Assembly (NCBI RefSeq): GCF_006345805.1
Contig: NC_042997.1
Coordinates: forward strand, 2,790,001-2,854,000
Length of the DNA stretch: 64,000 nt
Direction: 5' to 3'
DNA from: Octopus sinensis
Taxonomy: Eukaryota
In this document: one piece after another, positions 13,172-24,149 of the stretch
How the letters are laid out: each line of letters starts with the position of its first letter
How positions within the stretch are numbered: the stretch's first letter is position 1
Program-made: the position numbers and the translations under genes
The notes under the pieces: model-generated
Database searches by the model: none
The model's input: the letters and a program-made list of their open reading frames with translations, nothing else
What the model was told of the DNA's origin: nothing

Positions 13172-13940
13172 AGGGCTGCCGCCTCCTTGACACAGAGGCA
13201 CCATTCTTAGTGACTCCATCCCAACTAGCCCTCACAAACATAGACCTCTTTCAGAAGCAAATTGAAAGCAACCGTATTTAACATATAATACTTAACCTAA
13301 TGAACCCATTACATTGTAGTTTTTACATGAATCAGTACCCCATTCTCAACCCACTCTTTACATGAATTGCTACTCCTTTATCGCCCCACTTTTCTTCAAT
13401 GCCACCTTGGAGCTTTCAGATCCACTGCTATACTAGGGGATACTAACCCAAGGTGCCATTTCTTCTCTCTGTTTCTCTACCTGTCTCTCTTTATCCTCTC
13501 TCACATTCTTTGCTCCTCTTTCTTCCTCTCTCTCGTATTCTTTAATCCCTCTACTGCCCTTTCCCTCCCCTACCTCATGATAACTGTTCGACCAGGGAAT
13601 TGTCGTGGTTTTTAGATCAACCGTCATCCAGACCCGCCACAATAGTCGAAAAGTCGAAACCCGCTTTCTTTTATTTATTTAGTCTCAAATGTACAAGTAT
13701 TCTCGTCTTGTATGTCCGAAAGGCAGTCATTTGTTGTATGCGCTTCATTCCAGCTTTCTTGTTCTTATTTTCTTTTGTTGTATACATTCGTTTGCTTTTC
13801 CCAGAGGTTTAATGCTTTTAGTTTAACGCACTGGTACTTGCCGAACTCGAGCAGTCTCAGGTATAAATAATTATGAAACCGCTAGGACTTTCCGGATTCT
13901 GCCTGATGAGAAAATCTGCTACGAATCGTCAGTGTATCTT
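13172..13940 (+). mobile_element. Probable Penelope-like element 3' region (GIY-YIG C-terminal remnant, pyrimidine-rich UTR, hammerhead-like core)
   Basis: GCRLLDTEA at 13174 resembles the CxLCxxE motif of Penelope GIY-YIG C-termini; CT-rich tract; CTGATGAG near 13905; clear homology to 14390-14965. Confidence 0.5.
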
Positions 13941-14049
13941 TTTTTTACGTTTGTTATGTTATCGTCTATATTTCCGTATGTTGCTTTTTTGTCGTCATTT
14001 ATACCAAGTTTATACCAAGTAAACAACCTGTTGTTTACTTGGTATGGAC

Positions 14050-14965
14050 GAATATTCCTTGAATATTATTAACGATTCTTCACTTCTCTTTCCTTCCCCG
14101 CTTTTCTCCTTTGTTCCTTCCTTTTCTCTTTTACTGTGTCTCACTTTCCCTCCATCACATTCCTCAGTCCCCTGATTTCATTTACCTTATCTCTTATTCC
14201 TTAGTCCCTATATTTCCCTCCTCCTTCTGCTTTTTTTCTTCGATCGTCTCGCTTGTACATTTTTCTCACTTTCTCTCTCTCTTTTCCCCTCTCATTCTTT
14301 AGTCTCTCTGATATATTTTCCCTTTGTCTTATTCTTTGTTCCTCTTTCCTCCCCGCCTCTTATACTTTAATCACTCTGCCCTCTAGAGTTCTTTCCCTCT
14401 CCTACCTGGTTATCGCTGTCAGGCTAGGGCATCGTTGTCCCTTTTCGTCCAGCCATCATCCAGACCGGTCACTTCATTCGGTAGCCCCGCTTGGTCTGTT
14501 AACCTTTTCCATTTCTCATTTGCGCCAGCCTACTACGTTCGTCTGATATTGGAAAGAATCTTTCCGTTATTTCTTTATTTAGCTATTGTACAAACATTTT
14601 CATTTTGTAGTGTAGCCAAAAAGCGTTTGTCATTTCTATATGTATAATTCATTTCTTTTTAGCGCTAGTCTTATTGCATCTGATAGTTGAAAGACACCTT
14701 CTGTTAATTATTTATTTGTAAATATACAATTATTTTCGTCTTCTATAACCGAAAAGTGATCATCTGTTGTATTCTAGGTTTCTTCCCCTTGTTTCCGTAT
14801 TTTTCCTTCTTGTATATATTCGTTTGCTTTTTCCAGAAGGTTAATGATTTTAGCTTCAGGTTCTGGCATTTTCTAAATTCGCCTGGTCTCAGGGATAAAT
14901 AGCTCCAAAGCCGCTAGATCTTTCCGGTCTCTGACTGATGAGGAAATCTGCCGCGAATGATCCTT
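14050..14965 (+). mobile_element. Second diverged copy of the 13172-13940 repeat (probable Penelope-like pLTR)
   Basis: Shared blocks with copy 1: TTCCCTC.CCTACC, CATCCAGACC, TATACATTCGTTTGCTTTTCCCAGAGGTTTAATG vs TATATATTCGTTTGCTTTTTCCAGAAGGTTAATG, CCGCTAG..CTTTCCGG and CTGATGAG.AAATCTGC..CGAAT. Confidence 0.55.
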
Positions 14966-15056
14966 GTATATTGCCTGTGTCTAGTTTCGCGTTTCTTATT
15001 TTATCATCTACTTTTCGGTGTTTTGTTTCTGTCGCGTTTTTGGTCTTAACTATATA

Positions 15057-15089
<33 letters not shown>

Positions 15090-15092
<3 letters not shown>

Positions 15093-15119
15093 CATGGCCT
15101 CATCTCTGAGCTGAAACTA

Positions 15120-15120
<1 letters not shown>
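15090..15120 (+). mobile_element. Isolated 31-nt LINE 3' tail embedded in (AT)n
   Basis: CAGCATGGCCTCATCTCTGAGCTGAAACTAG, flanked by (AT)n on both sides, matches the LINE end at 19067-19103. Confidence 0.55.
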
Positions 15121-15178
<58 letters not shown>

Positions 15179-16213
15179 ATACTAGCTGGTGTACCGATAA
15201 TTCCGGAGGTAAGTATGTTCTATTGAAACGCCTTATTACCCAGATATAAGAATATAATTTCGTTATAACTGCCACACAATGTATATCTTCCGTTAAGACA
15301 AAAATTCCCAAAACCGTCAGCTGGAGGAAGCAGAGATTGTATGTATATAAATATATGAATGAATTTTTTGGAGAAAGTGCAATAATAACGTTCATACTCA
15401 CTGATGGTCGCTCTCAGCGACTGCCTTTAACTTACGGAGTTCTTGTTTTTATTACTATCGAAAAGCAGTCAGAAGGTTAGACGTAGGTTTGAGAACAAAT
15501 GATTTCGTTGGAGGTCTGTTATCTCCATCCAGACCCTCGTGGCCTAGAAGAGGTTACAAGTGTCAAGTAGCAAATGCATTAATCTGCTTAGCGAAGGCAT
15601 TTGAGAAATATATAACTGCTATCATTCATATAAAAATTATTGTTTTACCGTGTAAAAAGCGCGGTTGAAGTTTTAAATAAAATTCGGAAATCGAGGATCG
15701 AATCAATGCTATGCTTTCATGAATCCATTACAAATACGTTGGGGAATAATAAATTTATCTACTGTCATGGAAAATGTGAAACTCAAAACAAGTAGAATAC
15801 TCTTCAAATAAGTATGTATGTATAGAAATGTATGAATGAAGTGTTTAATGTCTAATATTCAAATTAAGGAAGTGCAATAATAATGTTTCGCAGTTCAAAA
15901 CTGAGAGTAGTGAAAAAAAGAATTAGGTCAGTTGATCGTGAGAATCAACTATTGATCGCTTCAATAAAAACTGCAGGTGGTACGGGTTATTCCCCTTGGG
16001 GTGTTTAAATAAAATATTAGTCATATGTAGTAGATAGAAGGATCCATTTGAGGGGCCATATTATCGATATTTTCAACGATGTACGTATGTCACAAGGTTT
16101 CCAGATATGAGTTTTACTCACATGCCAGGCTTCATCAAAATCAATAAAACGGTGTAAGAGGATTTAGCTAGCAACGCCACAAACAAACACACACAAATTT
16201 TCGACTTACGTAG

Positions 16214-16244
<31 letters not shown>

Positions 16245-16300
16245 TATGGCCTAGCATATTGAAAAATCTGAAGATTCAGAAAAATTATATTATATGCATA

Positions 16301-16671
16301 TAAGAGGGATGACCACTAAGTGGATATCCATTATGCCAGAAGTAGACCGCCCATGGTCTTGCCACTAAGAAAAGATTGTTCTCAAGAAAATTCACCAAAC
16401 GCCAGAACGTAAGCGAGCAAAACAAATTAAAAGATACAAAATATAATTATATTTTGCTTTGAGGATCACACTGATGATTTGTGGACATTACATAAGTTGT
16501 AGCAATGAAATCGGTTTTGTGATAAATCTTTATATTTTGTATATTTTAATTTGTCATGCTCGCTTACGTTCTGGTGTTTGCTGAATTTCCTTGATAACAA
16601 AATTTTCTTAGTGGCAAGACCATAGACGGTCTACTTCTAGCATAATAGATATCCACTTAGTGGTCATCTCT

Positions 16672-16675
<4 letters not shown>
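16301..16675. mobile_element. MITE with ~150-bp terminal inverted repeats and TA flanks
   Basis: Left TAAGAGGGATGACCACTAAGTGGATATCC...GAACGTAAGCGAGCA vs reverse complement of right end TAAGAGAGATGACCACTAAGTGGATATCT...GAACGTAAGCGAGCA; ~80-nt spacer; TA at 16299-16300 and 16676-16677. Confidence 0.85.
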
Positions 16676-16676
<1 letters not shown>

Positions 16677-16743
<67 letters not shown>

Positions 16744-16783
16744 CACACACACACACACACACACACCACACACACACACACAC

Positions 16784-16834
<51 letters not shown>
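16677..16834. repeat. Compound (AT)n-(CA)n-(AT)n microsatellite
   Basis: Direct reading. Confidence 0.97.
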
Positions 16835-16837
<3 letters not shown>

Positions 16838-17570
16838 GAATAATCCTTCATCAGGGACTATATGAAAGAGTTAACTAGAGGGAAATAGTTGAGTTTAGTA
16901 TGAGGAGATATTTTGGAAAATGAAATGTGTAGGAAGTATAAGGGAAACAAGAGTATCAAACTAAAAGTAAAAATATATGTAGCATGGTTCAGTTGCAATT
17001 CAATTTGCCAAGGAAATTGTTGTGTAGAATGGATATAAATGCTTCTCTTCCATGTTATGTAGATTCCGATAGGAGTTCATATTTTGTTATTACGAGCAGA
17101 TAGCACGGAGACATAAATTCCCTAAATCCAAAGGGGTCTTCTGGTGTGAATGAAATTATGAGAATGTACTAGTAGAGGTTATTGGATAGATAGATGGAAG
17201 AGAATACATATGTATGTTAGGAGAATAATGATATTAGACAAAAGAATAGGGGAGGAAAGAAGAGAGAAAGAAAACGAAAGAAAAAATGAAAATAGAAGTG
17301 CTAGGTGGTGGTCACGATACTGTGAGGGAGATGGGTGAGGAGAGCTGTCAGTATAACAGGGATAAGGGAAGGGATAGACGGAAGAGATAAGAATGCAAGG
17401 AAGGAATATCTGTGAGAGGTATGAGAAGCATATATATATATCAATAAGTTGTGCACGCAGAGTGATGTCGTCTGGCAAAGATTGATCTTGAAATTCGCTT
17501 TGTATGCTTGCTCACATTTAACGTTCCAGCTCACGTCTGCTGTTTACAACAGTGTTTGAAATGTAGGGTG
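16835..17570 (-). mobile_element. Probable Penelope-like element 3' end with truncated hammerhead core
   Basis: Minus strand reads, with frameshifts, CHDPCDDHILHPTFQTLL/NSRREL (GIY-YIG C-terminal pattern C..C...IL...LN.R.E), then a CT-rich UTR, then GTCCCTGATGAAGGATTATTCTT cut off by (AT)n. Confidence 0.55.
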
Positions 17571-17589
17571 TAGAATGTGATCATCGCAT

Positions 17590-17835
17590 GGATCATGACA
17601 GAGGACGTTGTCACGGATATATCTGCATAGCGGTCTTCGCCAAGTTGCAGAAAATGTATGGAGAGGAGTGTATAGGAAGCACACTAATGTACGGGTGCTT
17701 CAGATGATTCCGAGGTGACCGAAAAATGCTGTTACTGACTAGGCGAAATCGTCGAGTCACCATCCGTGAGTTATCAGAGGATGTGCAAATTAGTTCCGGT
17801 TCAGTTCCGTTCATTATCACTGACGATTTGTGTGT
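17590..17835 (+). mobile_element. Mariner transposase N-terminal remnant
   Basis: VFAKLQKMYGEECIG and NRRVTIRELSEDVQISSGSVPFIITDDL match the mariner HTH region (DRRLTIREIAEEVGIS.GSV..IL.DDL). Confidence 0.8.
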
Positions 17836-17863
17836 ACATTTGTGTGTCTGTTACGACCGAGAC

Positions 17864-18210
17864 AGAAGATAAGAACCGAGACAAAAGATAAGAATTAAGA
17901 TGTAAACTCAAATTAGGCAATGATTCTCATACGGTTATAAATTCGATGTAAATTGCGTATACATATATTAATACATTTCGATAATATGAATATTTAAAAA
18001 TAATAGTTATAAAAGATAAATATTCATATAGAAATATACATGAAAATACATGTAAATTAAACCCAAGTGTGAAAAAATTAGAGGTGCTAAAAATTTTTGT
18101 ACTAAAATTAAGAGCGGTTCAGAGTTTCAGTGAAAAGATCCATAGAGTTAGGTGTGATTTTTAAAAATATAAATGTTTTATCATGTATATAATACCTTAT
18201 ATATAACTTA
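17864..18210. repeat. Single arm of the foldback family seen at 20033-20890
   Basis: GACAAAAGATAAGAATTAAGATGTAAACTCAAATTAGGC...AGAGCGGTTCAGAGTTTCAG...GATCCATAGAGTTAGGTGTGAT is the reverse complement of 20570-20890; 19-nt tandem duplication at its left end. Confidence 0.8.
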
Positions 18211-18289
18211 GATATACAATACCTTATGTATGTGTGTGTGTGTGCGCATGCACATTTGCGTGCGTGAGAGTGTTTTTTGTGTCTGTGAG

Positions 18290-18450
18290 AAAGAGAGACA
18301 ACAAAGTTAAGGATGTGTGGAATTTTCAGGATATTTACAAAGAGATATTTAGTCTTACAACTGTTTCTGGGTTATTATGCATACCTCATCATCATAGAGG
18401 GAAATAGTAAAGTTCAATATACGGAGTTATTTTGGAAAAGTAAGGACATA
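18290..18450 (-). mobile_element. Penelope-like pLTR remnant with degenerate type I hammerhead ribozyme
   Basis: Minus strand 18392-18352: ATGATGAG-GTATGCATAATAACC-CAGAAAC-AGTT-GTAAGAC (CUGAUGA core mutated; GAAAC and GUA site present); 18395-18450 is homologous to 16875-16930. Confidence 0.6.
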
Positions 18451-18589
18451 TATAACATATAATGATCTATGAAATGTTTACGTTTACACGGGCAGACACA
18501 CGAGACACACACACACACAATTCTCTCTCTCTCTCTCTATCTATCTATCTATATAAATATATATATATATTTGTATATATATGAGTGTG

Positions 18590-18639
<50 letters not shown>

Positions 18640-18641
<2 letters not shown>

Positions 18642-19110
18642 CTGAAAGAGCTAAGACTCTACTCGCTGGAGCGAAGGCGGTCGAGTTATGCAGTAATATA
18701 TATCTGGAAGATCCTGGAAGGAATGGTGCCAAATTTTGGCATTGAAAGGTACACCAATGCCAAAACGAGTCTACACTGCCCATTGCCAAAGATCCCAGCA
18801 ATGCCACTGCGTTTCAAGACTAGTTACTGCAACACCCTGTGTTTCAGGGGCCTACACCTTTTTAACATTTCATGAAAGAGCCTAAGAGATCTACACAATG
18901 TGGATGTAGGTATTTTCAAATGAAAACTGGTCCTCTTACTGTAGAGAGCCCCAGATAAACCTACTGCACGGCAAAAGGCGCAAATGAGGGTAGTGACATC
19001 AAACACCCTTATTAACAAAGTGCCACAAATTAGAGGAAATTCTGAATAATAACAGTGTAGCAAAACGGCGGTGCCCCAGCATAGATGCGGCATGAGCTGA
19101 AAGTACAATA
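18640..19110 (+). mobile_element. CR1/L2-like LINE, 5'-truncated 3' end
   Basis: RLKELRLYSLERRRSSYAVIYIWKILEGMVPNFGI...CFRGLHLFNIS*KSLRDLHNVDVGIFKMK is the typical CR1-like ORF2 C-terminus; 3' UTR ends GGCGGTGCCCCAGCAT...GAGCTGAAAG. Confidence 0.88.
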
Positions 19111-19976
19111 TATGTATATGTATTTCAAGGGTACATACCGTTAGAAAATGCTCTTTATGTATTTTAATATGTTAAATTATGCGTATTTTTAAAATAGAAA
19201 CTGTACTTAACATTCTATTTAGCACTATTTTAATTATCGACTCTCTCATATTCTAAATCATGTATCTTTAAAGAGGTATTATCATACTGTGCCACAATGA
19301 TTCCTTTTTAAATTGTTTATTGCTAGTAGTTTATTTTTTATATCGTGTCGTTAGAATATTTTAAAGTTAGTTTTTAAGCAATAGTGGAAGTAATTAGTCT
19401 AAATGTCTCGAAATTAAGAGGCAGGCGTATTTCAAAGGGAGAATGTTGCTTAAAATTATTTGTAATCGCGCATGCTATTTAAATATTTAGATAGGAACCC
19501 CATGTATTTAAACTTAATTTAGGTTGAAAAAGTTACACAATTTTAGGAAAGTCATTAAGTGGGAAATATAAAACCAAAGGTACATTTGCTGTTGATTTAT
19601 TTTATTTGTATTACAGTTATATTTTTGCAACCTAATATCTAGTTCATAATGAACCTCAACCACTTTTTTTTTCACAAATGCCATGCTGTTTATATCCTAG
19701 GAATTTAAATTAAAATCCCTTTCATCTATTACCATCACTGGCATTTTTATTCCTATTTCAATTTTCAGTGATATGTGTCACTAGAGAATAGATACATTTT
19801 CTTCTCCCCTTGGCTACTATTCTTTTATTGTTTCATACATTTTCATTATGGCCATGCTAGTTGTTCATATTTCGTTGAATTTAGGGGGACAGAAACAAAT
19901 TTATATTATAATTGACATATTTGTTACGTTATACACGTATTAAATCTATTTCTATATATGTATGTGTGTATGTACA

Positions 19977-20026
<50 letters not shown>

Positions 20027-20032
20027 CATATG

Positions 20033-20148
20033 TAAGAATTAAGATATAAACTGAAATTAGACAATCATACACATACATTTATAGATTCGACTTAAAATGG
20101 GTATACATATATTAATAGATATCGACACATGAGAATATTTTAAAAATA

Positions 20149-20216
<68 letters not shown>

Positions 20217-20262
20217 AATATATATATATGCATATATATATATATATAAATATATATATATA

Positions 20263-20325
<63 letters not shown>

Positions 20326-20890
20326 TACACATAAAAACATGTAAATAAAACCCAGGTGGGATACGTATGGAAGGTAGTGTGAGAAAATAGGAATTAATTT
20401 TTGTGTGTGTGAGTACTGAAATTATGATTAAGATTTGATTAAAAGATTCAAAGAGACCGGTGTGTTTTTCTAGAATATAAATGGTATATAAGTTATATAA
20501 TAAAGTTCGAGGAGGTTCACTTTCAACGGCCGTATCATATACCTTATATACCACTTATATTTTTAATATCACATCGAACTCTATAGATCTCTTAATCGAA
20601 ACTCTTAACCGCTCTAAATTTCAGTGTAAAAAGATAATTAATTAATTAATTCCCCTTTTTATTAATCCTCTTTTTCTAACACTTCCTTTCATACGTATCC
20701 CAGATGGGTTTTATATACGTGTATTTTCTTATACCTATATATATACATATTTTTCTAAATATATTTAAAAAATATTCACGTGTCAATATGTATTAATATA
20801 TGTATACACATTTTAAGTCGAATTTATAAATGTATGAGTATGATTGCCCAATTTGAATTTATATCTTAATTCTTATATTTTGTCTTGGTT
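20033..20890. mobile_element. ~850-bp foldback (long inverted-arm) element, left arm expanded by (AT)n
   Basis: AAGAATTAAGATATAAAC... at 20033 pairs with ...TTTATATCTTAATTCTT near 20875; AAAACCCAGGTGGGATACGTATGGAAGG pairs with CCTTTCATACGTATCCCAGATGGGTTTT; inner TGGTATATAAG (20482) pairs with CTTATATACCA (20544). Confidence 0.8.
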
Positions 20891-21118
20891 TCGATCCCGG
20901 CATTTCATTTTAGCAGTTTTATATATTTCGTAAGAAAGAACAATATTATATATATATAATTGTATGTACTAGGCGTCATTCTATTTGTAAGAAAAATGTC
21001 TGTGATTGTTATATTAGCGTTATAAGTTCGTTTCAATCAAGCGGAGACTAAACTTGTATCAAACCTAAAATTTTTATTTCACTTATGTTTAATAAAAACA
21101 TATAATAACTATGGGTTA

Positions 21119-21141
21119 ATATATGTTAATATATACATATA

Positions 21142-21192
<51 letters not shown>

Positions 21193-21242
21193 CATATATA
21201 TATATATATATACATATATACATACATATATATATATATAAC

Positions 21243-21277
<35 letters not shown>

Positions 21278-21320
21278 CATTTATATATATATATATATAT
21301 ATACATATATGTATATATAT

Positions 21321-21359
<39 letters not shown>

Positions 21360-21368
21360 TATATATAT

Positions 21369-21453
<85 letters not shown>
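21119..21453. repeat. Long interrupted (AT)n microsatellite
   Basis: Direct reading. Confidence 0.97.
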
Positions 21454-21454
<1 letters not shown>

Positions 21455-21469
21455 TTCTTGTCAAATATA

Positions 21470-21960
21470 GGGAAAAAAGTTAAATCACTGATGGAGATGG
21501 TGCTGGACTGATTTATAGTTCTCCCCATATAGCATTTATCCTTACCAAACTTCGTCCCGACATCCTTTGAAAATGTAACTATGCCACTGCTCTTTTTCAT
21601 CTCATGCATATACTTAGCAAAAAATTTCAAGTCATCCGCAAACACACGCTGTGTAATTTTGGTATTTCTGCTTCCTTGTAAATTAGTAAGTTATCCCTCA
21701 GGTTTTTTTAACATGAATGACAAGAGTTTACAGGAACTATGAACAACATCTCACAGAGGCTGTCCCCTTTGCGATACTGTTTTCTATCAATGATAATGCG
21801 GTGACTCTTGGTGTTTAATTTCAAGATGGTGAACCATGATGGGGTCAGGTCAGCTATACTTTTGATTATACTAAATGGATTTTTAGCAATATGAAGGTCA
21901 TTTTTCATGCACGAGTGGGGAACAGAGTCAAAGGTCTTTATGTAGTATGGACACATTTAA
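21470..21960 (-). mobile_element. R4/Dong-like (RLE-clade) non-LTR retrotransposon RT fragment
   Basis: KTFDSVPHS (KAFDSVPH), RKGDSLCEMLF (QGDSLSPLLF) and KITQRVFADDLKFFAK...FSKDVGTKFGKDKC; frameshifted. Confidence 0.8.
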
Positions 21961-22330
21961 ACTAGATGGGGTTGTTTAAATATGTATTATGGCTTGTAAT
22001 TATCCCATTGCTAGAGCTTAGGAAGTTCTTGGTGCTAGAAGGAAAGTGTATTATTATGGAATGCTGGGGTGTTTGCTGGGTGCCTACTTGTGTGTAAGTG
22101 TTTAAGGTGTTCCCCAGTTAATTAGACTTATATTGAATGTTCAAGACAAAAGATAAGAATTAAGATATAAATTCAAATTAGGCAAGCATACATTTATAAA
22201 TTCGACTTAAAATGTGTATACGTTTATTAATACATATCGACTTATATGAATATTTTTGAAAAGTATTTGTAAAATATAAATATATATATATATAATATGC
22301 ATAAAATATACATATAAATAAATGCATGCT
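21960..22330. repeat. Third copy of the foldback-family arm plus adjacent flank
   Basis: TCAAGACAAAAGATAAGAATTAAGATATAAATTCAAATTAGGCAAGCATACATTTATAAATTCGACTTAAAATGTGTATAC at 22141 onward. Confidence 0.75.
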
Positions 22331-22939
22331 TACAAAATATGCAAGTGATAACAGAAAAACAAAACATCATCACAATACCCATGAAACGAACTTAAATTTC
22401 ATCACAAAACATTGTAACAATAACATATACTATAAAGTATGAACTAAACATTTTGAACTGTTCCCCTTTATATGATACCACAAGAGCCTCTGCTAGGAAA
22501 AGAACCATTAAACATATTTTCCAAATTTTAACAATCGAATGCTATTCTCAAAGAAGTAAATTTGTGGAGGTAAACGCATGGTACTCAAAAAGCAATACGA
22601 TGACAGCATCAAAGTACACCTGGAAACACGTAAGCGAATTGTTTGTAAAACATACATTTGAATTATACTGTCCATAATTAGAAACAAATTACTGATAAAG
22701 ACTGAAAAATATAGAGTACGTTCGTCTTAAATAAAGTTGAACAAACAGGAAGCAGCACACAAATGAGTCTAATATGGTAATTCCGTTGCGAATGTCTGCA
22801 CATATCGCGTTTACTGAACCACCTGTAAAGATACAGCAACATGTACGAACACACGTTTTTTCACCAGATATGAGTATGACGATACATAACCGTTGATGAT
22901 GGCTTTAAAAAGCGAAAATATATGGGTTTCAAGTTTTGG

Positions 22940-23045
22940 AACAAGGCCAGCAATTTATTGGATGGTGCTAAGTCGATTACATTGACCCCAGTGCTATACT
23001 GTTACTTATTTTATCGCCTCCGAAATTATGAAAAGCAAAGTTTAC
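22940..23045 (-). mobile_element. Degraded SINE family A fragment
   Basis: AAGTCGATTACATTGACCCCAGTGC...ACTTATTTTATCG matches the family A 3' body. Confidence 0.65.
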
Positions 23046-23084
23046 CCCCAGAAGAATTTCAGCTCAAACAAAAAGAAAAAAATC

Positions 23085-23600
23085 CTTTCTTCCAGAGGCA
23101 CAAGGTCTCAAATTTGTGGGGTGGGGACTACTGGATTAGATCAACCCCCAGTGCGTAACTGGCACTTGTTTAATCGACCCAGAAAGAATGAAAGGCAATG
23201 TCGACCTCGGTGGAATTTGAACTCAGAACGTAGCGGCAGACGAAATGCCTATTTCTTTATTACCCATAAGGGACTAAACACAGAGGAGACAAACAAGGAC
23301 AGACAAACGGATAAAGTCGATTATATCGACCCCAGTGCGTACCTGGTACTTATTTAATCGACCCCGAATGGATGAAAGGCAAAGTTGACCTCGGCGGAAT
23401 TCGCGACAGGCGAAATACCTATTTCTTTACTACCCACAAGGGGATAAACACAAGGGGATAAACACAGAGGGGACAAACACAGAGGGGACAAAAAAGGACA
23501 GACAAACGGATTAAGTCGATTACATCGACCCCAATGCGTAACTGGTACTTAATTTATCGATCCCGAAAGGATGAAAGGCCTAGTCGACCTCGGCGGAATT
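23085..23600 (-). mobile_element. Head-to-tail trimer of headless SINE family A units
   Basis: Three units each carry ATCGAC/TCC..AA.GGATGAAAGGC...GACCTCGG.GGAATT; junctions at 23249/23250 and 23419/23420 both read GAAAT(G/A)CC|TATTTCTTTA. Confidence 0.88.
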
Positions 23601-24149
23601 AGAAAGGAAAGAAATGATACAAGAGAACGAGCGGGGTTTTAGAGAATTTCACAGTAACCGAAAAAAAATAATAAAATCAGAAGTACAAGAAATGTTTTTC
23701 TTTTTGTGTGCGCATTTGTGTATTCATAAGTATAAACATTACTTAAACAATAGGAATTTAAACAATATAAAACTTTTCATTGTTTTTTTTTCTTTAGCTG
23801 CTTTAAAAATATTTCTATTTTATAATAATTGTATTTTAAAATTTAACTTACATGAAACTACTGTTAAACGCTTGTATGATTTCAGTTATCAGTGGTACTC
23901 CTGAGACAGAATGAAATGTGAAATGTTAAACAGATGTTTTACAAAAATATGTGTTGGGCATTTTCAAAGCAAATTGATACATTTTCCTATACATTATATA
24001 TAGTAATACACGCAAGTATAAATGTAAATATGTATATTCATAACATGCAGTAAAGCAAAGTTAGATCAGGTAGGTGACTTATCAATATATACTTTCATTA
24101 AACTAAGTGCAATCCTCCAGCCTCAAACCAGTGAAATTGTCTTTGTAAA

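Noticed and set aside
20153-20554. 133-aa minus ORF starting MVYKVYDTAVESEPP, considered as a GIY-YIG remnant
   Set aside because: It lies across the centre of a foldback and runs into (AT)n; the motif similarity is not convincing.
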